This document shows positions 22,759 to 31,640 of a stretch of 64,000 nucleotides of DNA, piece by piece. Origin of the DNA: Escherichia coli (GTDB lineage Bacteria > Pseudomonadota > Gammaproteobacteria > Enterobacterales > Enterobacteriaceae); NCBI RefSeq assembly GCF_022846255.1, contig NZ_AP025682.1; one strand, written 5' to 3'. The notes under the pieces were generated by a model. The model did not search any database. It was not told the origin of the DNA and saw only the letters and a program-made list of their open reading frames with translations. The position numbers and the translations under genes are program-made. How positions within the stretch are numbered: position 1 is the first letter of the stretch; the number at the start of each line of letters is the position of its first letter.

Positions 22759-23427
22759 ATGGTTGACATGAAAACTACGCATACCTCCCTCCCCTTTGCA
22801 GGACATACGCTGCATTTTGTTGAGTTTGATCCGGCGAGTTTTCGCGAGCAGGATTTACTCTGGCTGCCGCACTACGCACAACTTCAACACGCTGGACGTA
22901 AACGTAAAACAGAGCATTTAGCCGGGCGGATCGCTGCAGTTTATGCGCTGCGGGAATATGGCTATAAATGTGTGCCCGCAATCGGCGAGCTACGCCAACC
23001 TGTGTGGCCTGCGGAGGTATACGGCAGCATTAGTCACTGTGGGACTACGGCATTAGCCGTGGTTTCCCGTCAACCGATTGGCATTGATATTGAAGAGATT
23101 TTCTCTGCACAAACCGCAAGAGAATTGACAGACAACATTATTACACCAGCAGAACACGAGCGACTCGCAGAATGCGGTTTAACCTTTTCTCTGGCGCTGA
23201 CACTGGCATTTTCCGCCAAAGAGAGCGCATTTAAGGCAAGTGAAATCCAAACTGATGCAGGTTTTCTGGACTATCAAATTGGAAATTGTCAGCATCAACA
23301 GATGAATATAAGCGGGCCGAATGGCGACCATATCGTGCAGTGGTTAGTAAGGGGTAATAATGTTATTACCTTGTGCCTGGTAGATAAACACCCGCACACT
23401 GCAGCATGCGGGTTATCTGGCGGGTAA
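22759..23427 (+). CDS. entD: 4'-phosphopantetheinyl transferase for EntB/EntF
   Basis: MKTTHTSLPFAGHTLHFVEFDPASFREQDLLWLPHYAQLQHAGRKRKTEHLAGRIAAVYALREYGYKC...; PPTase motifs; start taken at MVDMKTT; C-terminal ~45 aa differ from the K-12 allele as I recall it. Confidence 0.85.
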   Translation: MVDMKTTHTSLPFAGHTLHFVEFDPASFREQDLLWLPHYAQLQHAGRKRKTEHLAGRIAAVYALREYGYKCVPAIGELRQPVWPAEVYGSISHCGTTALAVVSRQPIGIDIEEIFSAQTARELTDNIITPAEHERLAECGLTFSLALTLAFSAKESAFKASEIQTDAGFLDYQIGNCQHQQMNISGPNGDHIVQWLVRGNNVITLCLVDKHPHTAACGLSGG

Positions 23428-23428
23428 T

Positions 23429-24364
23429 TCAAAGCATTTCCCGTGCCTGAGCTGCAATTCCGGCAGCATCAAATCCATGATGCTGACGCAACCACCCACG
23501 ATCCGCCGCTGCGGCATATTCTCCATCCATAATGCCTGCGCGTTTTAATTTGATCCCCGTTCCGGCCTCTGCCAACACTTCCGCGACCAGGCTACCAAGG
23601 CCGCCATTGACGTTATGCTCTTCAACCGTCATCACTGCTTTGCATCCTTTTAACGCTGCCAGCAATGCTTTGGTGTCGCATGGGCGAATCGACGGTACGC
23701 TGACAACTGTAGCCGCGATACCAGACTGCGCTAAAAGTTCTGCGGCATCGACCACTTCATGAACGGTAGAGCCTGTGGCTACCAGCGCCAGTTCGCTGCC
23801 CTCGCGCAAAGTCACCACGGCACCTGGTACAAATCGGTAGTCCTCATCGTGGATTTCCGGCAGGGCTTTACCGTCCATACGGATATAAACAGGCCCCTGA
23901 TAGCGAAGAGCATAATCAATCACCTGACGGCACTCCCGAGGTGAAGACGGGGCAAAGATTTGAATATTGCCGAAACCACGCATAACCGCAATGTCATCAA
24001 TCGCATGATGCGTGCTCGCCAGCGGTCCATAACTCGCCCCGGCATTCAGACCAAACAATTTTACGTTGGTAAAGTTGTAGCAGACATCAACCTTGATTTG
24101 CTCGTTAGCGCGAGCGATAAGAAATGGCGCGGCATTGCAGGTAACAGCCACCTTGCCGCCCAGCGCCAGCCCGGCAGCGGCACCAACCATGCTCTGTTCG
24201 GCAATACCCACATTCACCAGTCGGTCAGGAAATTGCTTAATAAAGGGAGCAATTTTTGCCGTAGACGTTGAATCAGCCACTACAGGCACCAAATCGATCC
24301 CCTCATTTACGGCATCGATAAATGCCTGAACCATCACATTTGCCAGATGTTCACTGTTACGCAT
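23429..24364 (-). CDS. Transketolase C-terminal (pyrimidine-binding) subunit of a split transketolase
   Basis: 311 aa, MRNSEHLANVMVQAFIDAVNEGIDLVPVVADSTSTAKIAPFIKQFPDRLVNVGIAEQSMVGAAAGLALGGK...; overlaps the N-subunit gene by 8 bp. Confidence 0.85.
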   Translation of the reverse strand: MRNSEHLANVMVQAFIDAVNEGIDLVPVVADSTSTAKIAPFIKQFPDRLVNVGIAEQSMVGAAAGLALGGKVAVTCNAAPFLIARANEQIKVDVCYNFTNVKLFGLNAGASYGPLASTHHAIDDIAVMRGFGNIQIFAPSSPRECRQVIDYALRYQGPVYIRMDGKALPEIHDEDYRFVPGAVVTLREGSELALVATGSTVHEVVDAAELLAQSGIAATVVSVPSIRPCDTKALLAALKGCKAVMTVEEHNVNGGLGSLVAEVLAEAGTGIKLKRAGIMDGEYAAAADRGWLRQHHGFDAAGIAAQAREML

Positions 24365-25187
24365 CTTTGAGTTCCTTCAGTGCCTGTTCAATTTCATCGC
24401 CTTTCGGCACCCGGTGATGCCATTCCGCACGCCCTTGTATAAAGGAAATGCCTGCCCCTTTAGTGGTGTGGGCAATCACCACATTCGGTTTGCCTTCCTG
24501 TTTAAGCCCTTCAAGCGTCGCGACAACCGAAGCCATATCATTGCCCTGACATTCGGTAACCTGCATACCGAATGCCAGCCATTTCTCTGCCAGAGGATCG
24601 GTGTTCATGATTTCGCGCGTTGGCCCGGCTAATTGCAGATTATTTTTGTCATTAATAATGACCAGGTTATCAAGCCCGTAATGCGCCGCCGCCAGTGCAG
24701 CTTCCCAGTTACTGCCCTCAGCCAGCTCACCATCGCCAGTAATTAAGAAGATACGACGACGGCTTTGACTTTTTTTCGCCGCCAGCGCAAGTCCTACAGC
24801 CACAGGGAAACCATGTCCCAGTGCTCCGGTATTCAGTTCAATACCTGGCGTTTTTTGCCGAACCGGATGGCCGGGTAAGTGTGAATTTGGCTGCTGATAA
24901 GTGGAAAGCCATTCCAGTGGGAAGAATCCTGCTTCCGCCAGCACGCAGTAGTAACATCCAACAGCATGGCCTTTTGACTGAATGTATATATCCCGGTCAT
25001 CGTCGTGAAGGCGATCCGGGGCGACATTGAGAATACGAAAATAGAGTGCGGTCAGTAATTCAACCTGAGAGAGATCGGCCCCAGTGTGTCCACCTGCCGG
25101 GCTATTGGCATTTAAGCGCACGATATGGCAGCGTACCGCCCGCGCTTTACGCTCAAGGGTCTGGATATCATAGCTATAGGGATTCAT
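24357..25187 (-). CDS. Transketolase N-terminal (thiamine-diphosphate binding) subunit
   Basis: 276 aa with TPP-binding GDGELAEGSNWEAALAAAHYGLDNLVIINDKN motif; first gene of a two-gene unit divergent from the regulator. Confidence 0.85.
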   Translation of the reverse strand: MNPYSYDIQTLERKARAVRCHIVRLNANSPAGGHTGADLSQVELLTALYFRILNVAPDRLHDDDRDIYIQSKGHAVGCYYCVLAEAGFFPLEWLSTYQQPNSHLPGHPVRQKTPGIELNTGALGHGFPVAVGLALAAKKSQSRRRIFLITGDGELAEGSNWEAALAAAHYGLDNLVIINDKNNLQLAGPTREIMNTDPLAEKWLAFGMQVTECQGNDMASVVATLEGLKQEGKPNVVIAHTTKGAGISFIQGRAEWHHRVPKGDEIEQALKELKDA

Positions 25188-25367
25188 TTAATACCTCTGA
25201 ATTTATTTTCAACATGGAATATTTATTCCACCGGGGACTAAAAAAACCAGAAATCCCAGGGCGTTGCGCGGCAAGACTTACGCTGCTGCATCATACTCAG
25301 GAACATTCTGCCTCCTTACACCGTCAGTTACGTGTCCGGGTAATCATCAGTTGACCTGATATCATCT

Positions 25368-25381
25368 TGAATATATATTCA
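25368..25381. promoter_or_regulatory. Palindrome TGAATATATATTCA in the transketolase / regulator divergent promoter region; candidate operator
   Basis: Direct reading; the same 12-bp core GAATATATATTC recurs at 26729..26740 upstream of the kinase-transporter operon. Confidence 0.45.
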
Positions 25382-25549
25382 ATAATGATTCTTTATTCAA
25401 TTATGCCGCCTGTTTTTTATTTTTGTCCATCGCTGATTTTAAGGATTGGTTAAAGTTAGAACTCCATCACACTTAACTGTCTTCTTTTTTCGCGTATGAT
25501 AAAAGCCTCTAAGATAAGGGCGGTACGTTAATGATTTACGGGGAAATAT

Positions 25550-26500
25550 ATGGCTAAGCAGGATGAACAGCGGCTACTGGTGAAGATCGCCACTCTTTAC
25601 TATCTTGAGGGGCGAAAACAGTCTGACATCGCCCAACTTCTCTCGCTTTCTCAGTCATTTATCTCCAGAGCGCTAACCCGTTGCCAGAAAGAAGGCGTGG
25701 TTAAAATCAGCGTTGTCCAGCCGTCAAATATCTTTCTCAATCTGGAAAAAGGCATTGAAGAGCGTTACGGCATTAAACAAGCGATTGTTGTCGATACCGA
25801 AGATGATGCCACTGACCATACCATTAAACGTGCTATCGGCTCTGCCGCCGCGCACTATCTGGAAACGCGTTTAAGACCAAAAGATTTCATTGGCGTCTCT
25901 TCCTGGAGTTCTACGATTCGCGCGATGGTCGATGAAGTTCACGCCCAAAACTTAAAAGCCAGCGGCGTTATTCAGCTGCTGGGCGGCGTGGGGCCAAACG
26001 GCAATGTGCAGGCAACTATTTTGACACAGACCCTGGCCCAGCATCTGAATTGCGAAGCCTGGTTGCTTCCTTCTCAAAGCATTGAAGGTTCGGTAGAAGA
26101 GAAAAAACGCCTGGTGGCAAGCCAGGATGTGGCTGACGTTATCGCCAGATTTGACGACGTCGATATCGCCATTGTCGGCATCGGTATCCTTGAACCCTCG
26201 CAGTTGCTAAAAACCTCGGGCAACTATTATCACGAGGATATGTTACAGGTACTGGCGGATCGCGGTGCTGTGGGCGATATCTGCCTGCACTACTACGATA
26301 AACATGGTCAGCCCGTGTTGCAGGACGATGAAGATCCAGTGATTGGTATGGCACTGGATAAAATCAAAAAATGCCCGAATGTGGTGGCACTGGCGGGCGG
26401 CAAAGACAAAGTTGCCGCCATCAAAGGCGCCATGCAGGGTGGTTATATTGATGTTTTGATCACTGATTTCCCCACCGCCAGAATGCTGATTGCGGATTAA
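25550..26500 (+). CDS. SorC/DeoR-family sugar-binding transcriptional regulator
   Basis: 316 aa; N-terminal HTH (QSDIAQLLSLSQSFISRALTRCQKEGVV) and C-terminal sugar-phosphate-binding domain typical of SorC/DeoR/EryD regulators. Confidence 0.85.
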   Translation: MAKQDEQRLLVKIATLYYLEGRKQSDIAQLLSLSQSFISRALTRCQKEGVVKISVVQPSNIFLNLEKGIEERYGIKQAIVVDTEDDATDHTIKRAIGSAAAHYLETRLRPKDFIGVSSWSSTIRAMVDEVHAQNLKASGVIQLLGGVGPNGNVQATILTQTLAQHLNCEAWLLPSQSIEGSVEEKKRLVASQDVADVIARFDDVDIAIVGIGILEPSQLLKTSGNYYHEDMLQVLADRGAVGDICLHYYDKHGQPVLQDDEDPVIGMALDKIKKCPNVVALAGGKDKVAAIKGAMQGGYIDVLITDFPTARMLIAD

Positions 26501-26523
26501 TCCTCTCCTCCCTTTCTTCTGCC

Positions 26524-26552
26524 CGCCTTTGCGAAAAAATCTTCTCGCAAAG
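26524..26552 (+). terminator. Hairpin downstream of the regulator gene; candidate intrinsic terminator
   Basis: cctttgcgaaaaaatcttctcgcaaagg forms a 9-bp stem; the 3' flank is not strongly T-rich, so strength is uncertain. Confidence 0.35.
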
Positions 26553-26646
26553 GCGCTTGCTTAAAAATCCTTTAATATCAATAAACTGAAATGATTCAAC
26601 AATCCTGTTTCTCGAGGCTTTCTCACCCTGTCACCACGCTTCTAAG

Positions 26647-26662
26647 TGTGATAGCCAGCACA
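26647..26662. promoter_or_regulatory. CRP-like site TGTGA-N6-GCACA upstream of the kinase-transporter operon
   Basis: tgtgatagccagcaca; 4/5 + 5/5 match to the CRP half-sites TGTGA/TCACA; about 190 bp upstream of the kinase start. Confidence 0.35.
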
Positions 26663-26728
26663 TTTGATGATTTTTTCTCTAGCTCAGGAAGAATAATCTG
26701 GCTAAGGTATAAATAAATAATCAGCATC

Positions 26729-26740
26729 GAATATATATTC
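26729..26740. promoter_or_regulatory. Second copy of the GAATATATATTC palindrome; candidate operator of the kinase-transporter-dehydrogenase operon
   Basis: Direct reading; identical 12-bp core to 25369..25380. Confidence 0.45.
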
Positions 26741-26850
26741 ACGCCTTAACACAAAATGTCACAGCAGGGCCTGATGAAGTAATAACGTGACCATGAGGAA
26801 CGCCTCATCTCCTTCCACGCCAGGATGCAATGTGACTCAGGAGACTACCT

Positions 26851-28371
26851 ATGTTTGCAGGAAATAAAGAGTTCGTTGTTGCGTTGGATGAGGGTACCAC
26901 CAATGTAAAAGCCATCGCACTTGATGGTTTCGGTAACGTGGTGGCGAAGTTTTCTCAACCACTGGCTATTCAGACGCCACGTGAAGGCTGGGTTGAGCAA
27001 TCCGGGGAAGCGTTAATCTCTGCCTCGCTTGATGTTATTGCCCAGGCCATCAACCACGTGGGGGCAGAAAATGTAGCGGCTCTGGCTATCAGTAATCAGC
27101 GTGAAACGGCTATCGGCTGGTATCGTCAGAGTGGAAAACCACTCAATGCGGCGATTACCTGGCAATGCACGCGCAGTGCAGAGTTTTGTGAAACACTTCG
27201 TCGCGAGGGCAAAGAGCAGCAAATTAAAACGACTACAGGCCTGCCTATCGCCCCGCTATTTTCCGCGTCCAAGATGCGTTGGCTACTGGAATCTACACCT
27301 GAGGGTGTGCAACTTGCCGACCAGGGTGAAATTTGTCTCGGCACCATTGATGCCTGGTTGCTATGGAACTTGACTGCTGGCGATTCATTTTGCTGCGACT
27401 ACTCTAACGCCGCGCGAACTCAATTACTTAACCTGAAAACAGGCGAGTGGGATGAGGAAATGCTGGCGTTGTTTCACATCCCACGCGCTGCATTGCCAGA
27501 AATTAAACCTTCCAGTGGCCTGTTCGGTTATACCCGAGGACTTAAAACAATTCCGGATGGTATTCCCGTCATGGCGATGGTGGGCGATTCTCACGCCGCT
27601 CTTTTTGGTCATGCGTTGGGAGAAGCGGGATGTGTGAAGGCGACCTATGGGACCGGTTCTTCCGTCATGGCCCCCGTCAACTCTGCTCAGTGTGATATCG
27701 CCACACTTGCCACAACCATTGCCTGGCATGATGGCGAAAATATTATTTACGGTCTGGAAGGAAATATCCCCCACACCGGCGATGCCGTGGCATGGATGGC
27801 TGACAGCACCGGTTTAAGTGAACTGACAGACGCGGAGCTGGCCCACGAACTGAATACCCTGCCAGCCTCAGTGGATTCGACTATGGGTGTTTATTTTGTT
27901 CCTGCTCTCACTGGCCTGGGCGCGCCATGGTGGGATGACAGCGCTCGCGGCGTGGTGTGTGGCTTAAGCCGTGGCGTAAAGCGCGCGCATTTGATTCGTG
28001 CCGCAATGGAATCAATCACTTATCAAATTGCAGATGTAGTGGAGGCAATGCAACAGCATGATGATTTTCACTTATCGGCGTTAATGGTGGATGGCGGCCC
28101 GACCAAAAATGACTGGTTGATGCAATATCAGGCGGATCTGCTGGGTTGCCCGGTGATGCGCAGTGATGTGCCAGAGCTTTCAGCCATTGGTGCGGGCCTG
28201 CTCGCCCGCAAAGCGCTTATCCCCGGTACCGTTGCAGATTTAAAAGCGTTATTAACTGAACACAGTGAATTTAAACCGGACATGGCGCGTCATCAGCGAC
28301 TGCAAAAGAGATGGCAGGAGTGGCGTCATGCGGTAAACAGAACATTATGGAAACCGGCATCGTCAATTTGA
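26851..28371 (+). CDS. FGGY-family carbohydrate kinase (xylulokinase / glycerol kinase-like)
   Basis: 506 aa, MFAGNKEFVVALDEGTTNVKAIALDGFGNVVAKF...; FGGY N- and C-terminal domain signatures. Confidence 0.85.
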   Translation: MFAGNKEFVVALDEGTTNVKAIALDGFGNVVAKFSQPLAIQTPREGWVEQSGEALISASLDVIAQAINHVGAENVAALAISNQRETAIGWYRQSGKPLNAAITWQCTRSAEFCETLRREGKEQQIKTTTGLPIAPLFSASKMRWLLESTPEGVQLADQGEICLGTIDAWLLWNLTAGDSFCCDYSNAARTQLLNLKTGEWDEEMLALFHIPRAALPEIKPSSGLFGYTRGLKTIPDGIPVMAMVGDSHAALFGHALGEAGCVKATYGTGSSVMAPVNSAQCDIATLATTIAWHDGENIIYGLEGNIPHTGDAVAWMADSTGLSELTDAELAHELNTLPASVDSTMGVYFVPALTGLGAPWWDDSARGVVCGLSRGVKRAHLIRAAMESITYQIADVVEAMQQHDDFHLSALMVDGGPTKNDWLMQYQADLLGCPVMRSDVPELSAIGAGLLARKALIPGTVADLKALLTEHSEFKPDMARHQRLQKRWQEWRHAVNRTLWKPASSI

Positions 28372-28474
28372 CGAACAAGACTAACCAACGGAAGGAGAAT
28401 ACCGGCCCATAAATAATTCAGGCTTTACGTTGTTTCACCGTACCCGACAATAACAACACAGAGAGAACATTGTC

Positions 28475-29410
28475 ATGAAATTACGTTTAACACTGTTAAC
28501 CGCTGCGACCCTGACTGCTCTTTCTTTTTCTGCTCATGCGGTAGAAAAAGGAACCATTATGATTATGGTCAATTCACTGGATAATCCTTATTACGCCTCG
28601 GAAGCGAAAGGTGCCAGTGAAAAAGCCCAGCAACTGGGATATAAAACGACCATTCTTTCTCATGGTGAAGATGTCAAAAAACAGAATGAACTGATCGATA
28701 CTGCAATTGGTAAAAAAGTTCAGGGCATTATTTTAGATAATGCCGACTCCACTGCCAGTGTTGCAGCCATTGAAAAAGCAAAAAAAGCAGGTATTCCCGT
28801 TATATTAATTAATCGCGAAATACCTGTGGATGATGTTGCACTGGTGCAAATTACCCATAATAACTTCCAGGCTGGCTCGGAAGTTGCCAACGTATTTGTC
28901 GAGAAAATGGGAGAGAAAGGAAAATATGCCGAACTCACCTGTAATCTTGCTGATAATAATTGCGTAACTCGCTCGAAATCTTTCCATCAGGTCATTGACC
29001 AGTTCCCTGAAATGGTCAGCGTGGCGAAGCAAGATGCCAAAGGCACGTTAATTGATGGCAAACGGATAATGGACAGTATTCTGCAAGCCCATCCCGATGT
29101 AAAAGGGGTGATTTGTGGTAATGGTCCGGTTGCACTGGGAGCTATCGCAGCACTGAAAGCAGCCAATCGCAATGACGTTATTGTTGTCGGCATTGATGGC
29201 AGTAACGATGAGCGCGATGCCGTGAAAGCCGAATCATTGCAGGCTACCGTGATGTTACAAGCGCAAGCCATTGCCGCGCAGGGGGTTACCGATTTGGATA
29301 ATTACCTGCAAAAAGGAGTTAAACCAGCCAAACAGCGGGTGATGTTCCGCGGCATTCTGATAACCAAAGATAACGCAGATAAAGTCCAGGATTTCAATAT
29401 CAAATCCTGA
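28475..29410 (+). CDS. Periplasmic sugar-binding protein of an ABC transporter (RbsB-like)
   Basis: 311 aa with signal peptide MKLRLTLLTAATLTALSFSAHA; periplasmic binding protein type I fold. Confidence 0.85.
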   Translation: MKLRLTLLTAATLTALSFSAHAVEKGTIMIMVNSLDNPYYASEAKGASEKAQQLGYKTTILSHGEDVKKQNELIDTAIGKKVQGIILDNADSTASVAAIEKAKKAGIPVILINREIPVDDVALVQITHNNFQAGSEVANVFVEKMGEKGKYAELTCNLADNNCVTRSKSFHQVIDQFPEMVSVAKQDAKGTLIDGKRIMDSILQAHPDVKGVICGNGPVALGAIAALKAANRNDVIVVGIDGSNDERDAVKAESLQATVMLQAQAIAAQGVTDLDNYLQKGVKPAKQRVMFRGILITKDNADKVQDFNIKS

Positions 29411-29456
29411 TCCCAGGTCGTTGCGCCCTCACAATGAGGGCGCAGAGGAGAATATT

Positions 29457-30077
29457 ATGGATAAAAAAGTCTGGCTGGCGCTGGCAATTCTGAGCCTGGG
29501 TGGATGTCGCATCGTCTCGCAGCAGGAACTTGCCGATCTCAAATCCCCGCCTAATCCTCATATGGCAAATATCGATCAGACCTGGCAGAAAAATATCGTG
29601 CCGCAGGTGGTAGAAAATGCACGTCCGGTTGCGGAGTTAATGGCGGCGCTACAGGCAGAAAAAGATGTCGATGCTGCCTGTAAAACGCTGGGCTATCGTT
29701 CTCAGGAAGAAAACCCGTGTATTTTCTACGTTAAGGTCGAAGGTGGCATCACCAATATTGATGCGAAATCCCGTAGCGGAAAAATGACCATCACAGATAT
29801 CAGCGGCACAAATATTGTCGTGCAGACGGGGCCAACTCTTCGCGGCACGCTTCTGCGAGATGCATATAAAGGTGCAAGCTATGAGCATTTTAACGATCAG
29901 GTTTTATTTGGTGAATATGGTCGTGCTATCAATGAGCAAGCCATCAATATGATTCAGTCGGCAAAGCTTAAAACCGGGGAAACGGTTCAGGTTTATGGCG
30001 TATTTTCTGCATGGGATATTCCGCAAACTATCCCGGATATAACGCCTGCGAAAATAGCCAGGGCGGGAGGCGAGTAA
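29457..30077 (+). CDS. DUF2291-like predicted lipoprotein embedded in the ABC transporter operon
   Basis: MDKKVWLALAILSLGGC... with a lipobox LSLGGC; start chosen at the internal Met with the signal peptide rather than the track start at 29421. Confidence 0.65.
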   Translation: MDKKVWLALAILSLGGCRIVSQQELADLKSPPNPHMANIDQTWQKNIVPQVVENARPVAELMAALQAEKDVDAACKTLGYRSQEENPCIFYVKVEGGITNIDAKSRSGKMTITDISGTNIVVQTGPTLRGTLLRDAYKGASYEHFNDQVLFGEYGRAINEQAINMIQSAKLKTGETVQVYGVFSAWDIPQTIPDITPAKIARAGGE

Positions 30078-30078
30078 T

Positions 30079-31623
30079 ATGTTGCCGCAAGAAATTGACA
30101 CCCCCCAGACTGATGAATCACCTGTAATCATAGAAACGCATGACTTATCGCGTATTTATCCGGGTGTGGTGGCGTTAGATAACGTGAATTACCGTGTCTA
30201 TCGCAATAGAGTGAATGTGCTTATTGGTGAAAACGGTGCGGGTAAATCCACAATGATGAAAATGCTGGCGGGGGTTGAAACACCTTCCTCAGGCAAGATC
30301 ATTCTTGATGGTAAAGAAGTTACCCTAAATTCTACCCATCAGGCCGAAAAACATGGAATTAGTATCATTTTTCAGGAACTGAATTTATTCCCGAATATGA
30401 ATGTCATAGATAACATTTTCATGGCGAATGAATTTTTTCAGAAAGGGAAGATTAACGAAAAATATCAGTATGAATTAGCCAAATCTTTATTAGAGAGACT
30501 GGAGTTGGACGTTGATCCCTATACCCAACTGGGAGAACTTGGTATTGGTCATCAGCAACTGGTGGAGATTGCCCGTGCCCTTTCTAAAGATACCCGGGTA
30601 CTGATTATGGATGAACCGACCTCGGCCCTCAGCCAGTCGGAAGTCAAAGTACTTTTCAATGTGATCGCACAACTGAAGCGCCGTGGTGTCACCATCATTT
30701 ATATCTCCCACCGTCTGGAAGAGTTGATGGAGATTGGCGATTTCATCACCATTTTCCGTGATGGTCGCTTTATTAGTGAACGCGCAGTGAGCGATGCCAG
30801 TATTCCGTGGATCATCGCACAAATGGTCGGTGATAAGAAAAAACATTTTGATTATCAACCAGCTACACAAGGTGACACTGTACTGGCGGTACTGGGGTTA
30901 ACGGCGCTGCATCCCAGCGGTGGTTACAAACTCAATGATGTGACATTCAACCTGCGTAAAGGCGAAGTTATCGGCATTTACGGCTTGCTGGGCGCAGGAC
31001 GTACTGAGCTATTTAAAGGACTGGTGGGCCTGATGCCCTGTCAGAGTGGGAAGATCCTGCTTAATGGTGAAACCATCGACAAATGCCATTTCCAGGCGCG
31101 GCTCAAAAAGGGGCTGGCGTTGGTGCCAGAAGATCGCCAGGGCGAAGGCGTCGTTCAGATGATGTCGATTCAGTCCAATATGACGCTATCCGATTTCAGC
31201 CTGCAAGGTTTTCGCCGTGCCTGGAAATGGCTGAATCCGCAAAAAGAGAGCGCCAGTGTGAAAGAGATGATCCAGCAACTGGCGATCAAAGTCAGTGATG
31301 CCGAACTCCCTATTACCTCACTCAGCGGCGGTAACCAGCAAAAAGTGGTACTTGGCAAAGCGTTGATGACCCAGCCACAGGTGGTGTTTCTTGATGAACC
31401 CACACGCGGCATTGATGTTGGCGCAAAAACCGACGTCTATCAGCTGGTGGGAAAAATGGCACAACAGGGGCTGGCAGTCATGTTCTCTTCTTCAGAACTC
31501 GATGAAGTCATGGCACTGGCAGATCGCATTCTGGTGATGGCTGATGGCCGTATTACCGCTGATCTACCCCGGGGCGAAGTCACCCGAGAGAAACTGATCG
31601 CGGCTTCAACACCTCAAGATTAA
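30079..31623 (+). CDS. Sugar ABC transporter ATPase with duplicated ATP-binding domains (RbsA-like)
   Basis: 514 aa; Walker A GENGAGKST in the first half, a second nucleotide-binding domain, signature LSGGNQQK. Confidence 0.9.
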   Translation: MLPQEIDTPQTDESPVIIETHDLSRIYPGVVALDNVNYRVYRNRVNVLIGENGAGKSTMMKMLAGVETPSSGKIILDGKEVTLNSTHQAEKHGISIIFQELNLFPNMNVIDNIFMANEFFQKGKINEKYQYELAKSLLERLELDVDPYTQLGELGIGHQQLVEIARALSKDTRVLIMDEPTSALSQSEVKVLFNVIAQLKRRGVTIIYISHRLEELMEIGDFITIFRDGRFISERAVSDASIPWIIAQMVGDKKKHFDYQPATQGDTVLAVLGLTALHPSGGYKLNDVTFNLRKGEVIGIYGLLGAGRTELFKGLVGLMPCQSGKILLNGETIDKCHFQARLKKGLALVPEDRQGEGVVQMMSIQSNMTLSDFSLQGFRRAWKWLNPQKESASVKEMIQQLAIKVSDAELPITSLSGGNQQKVVLGKALMTQPQVVFLDEPTRGIDVGAKTDVYQLVGKMAQQGLAVMFSSSELDEVMALADRILVMADGRITADLPRGEVTREKLIAASTPQD

Positions 31624-31640
31624 TCAGGCTGGAATTTCTT

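Noticed and set aside
22593-23428. Expected IS186 between entD and hokE, as in K-12
   Set aside because: No transposase ORF or IS-like inverted repeats are present; the position is occupied by the carbohydrate island instead.
25188-25549. Small ORF 25046..25354 (102 aa) in the transketolase / regulator intergenic region
   Set aside because: It overlaps the transketolase 5' end and promoter, has no ribosome-binding site or family resemblance, and is Arg/His-rich; likely spurious.
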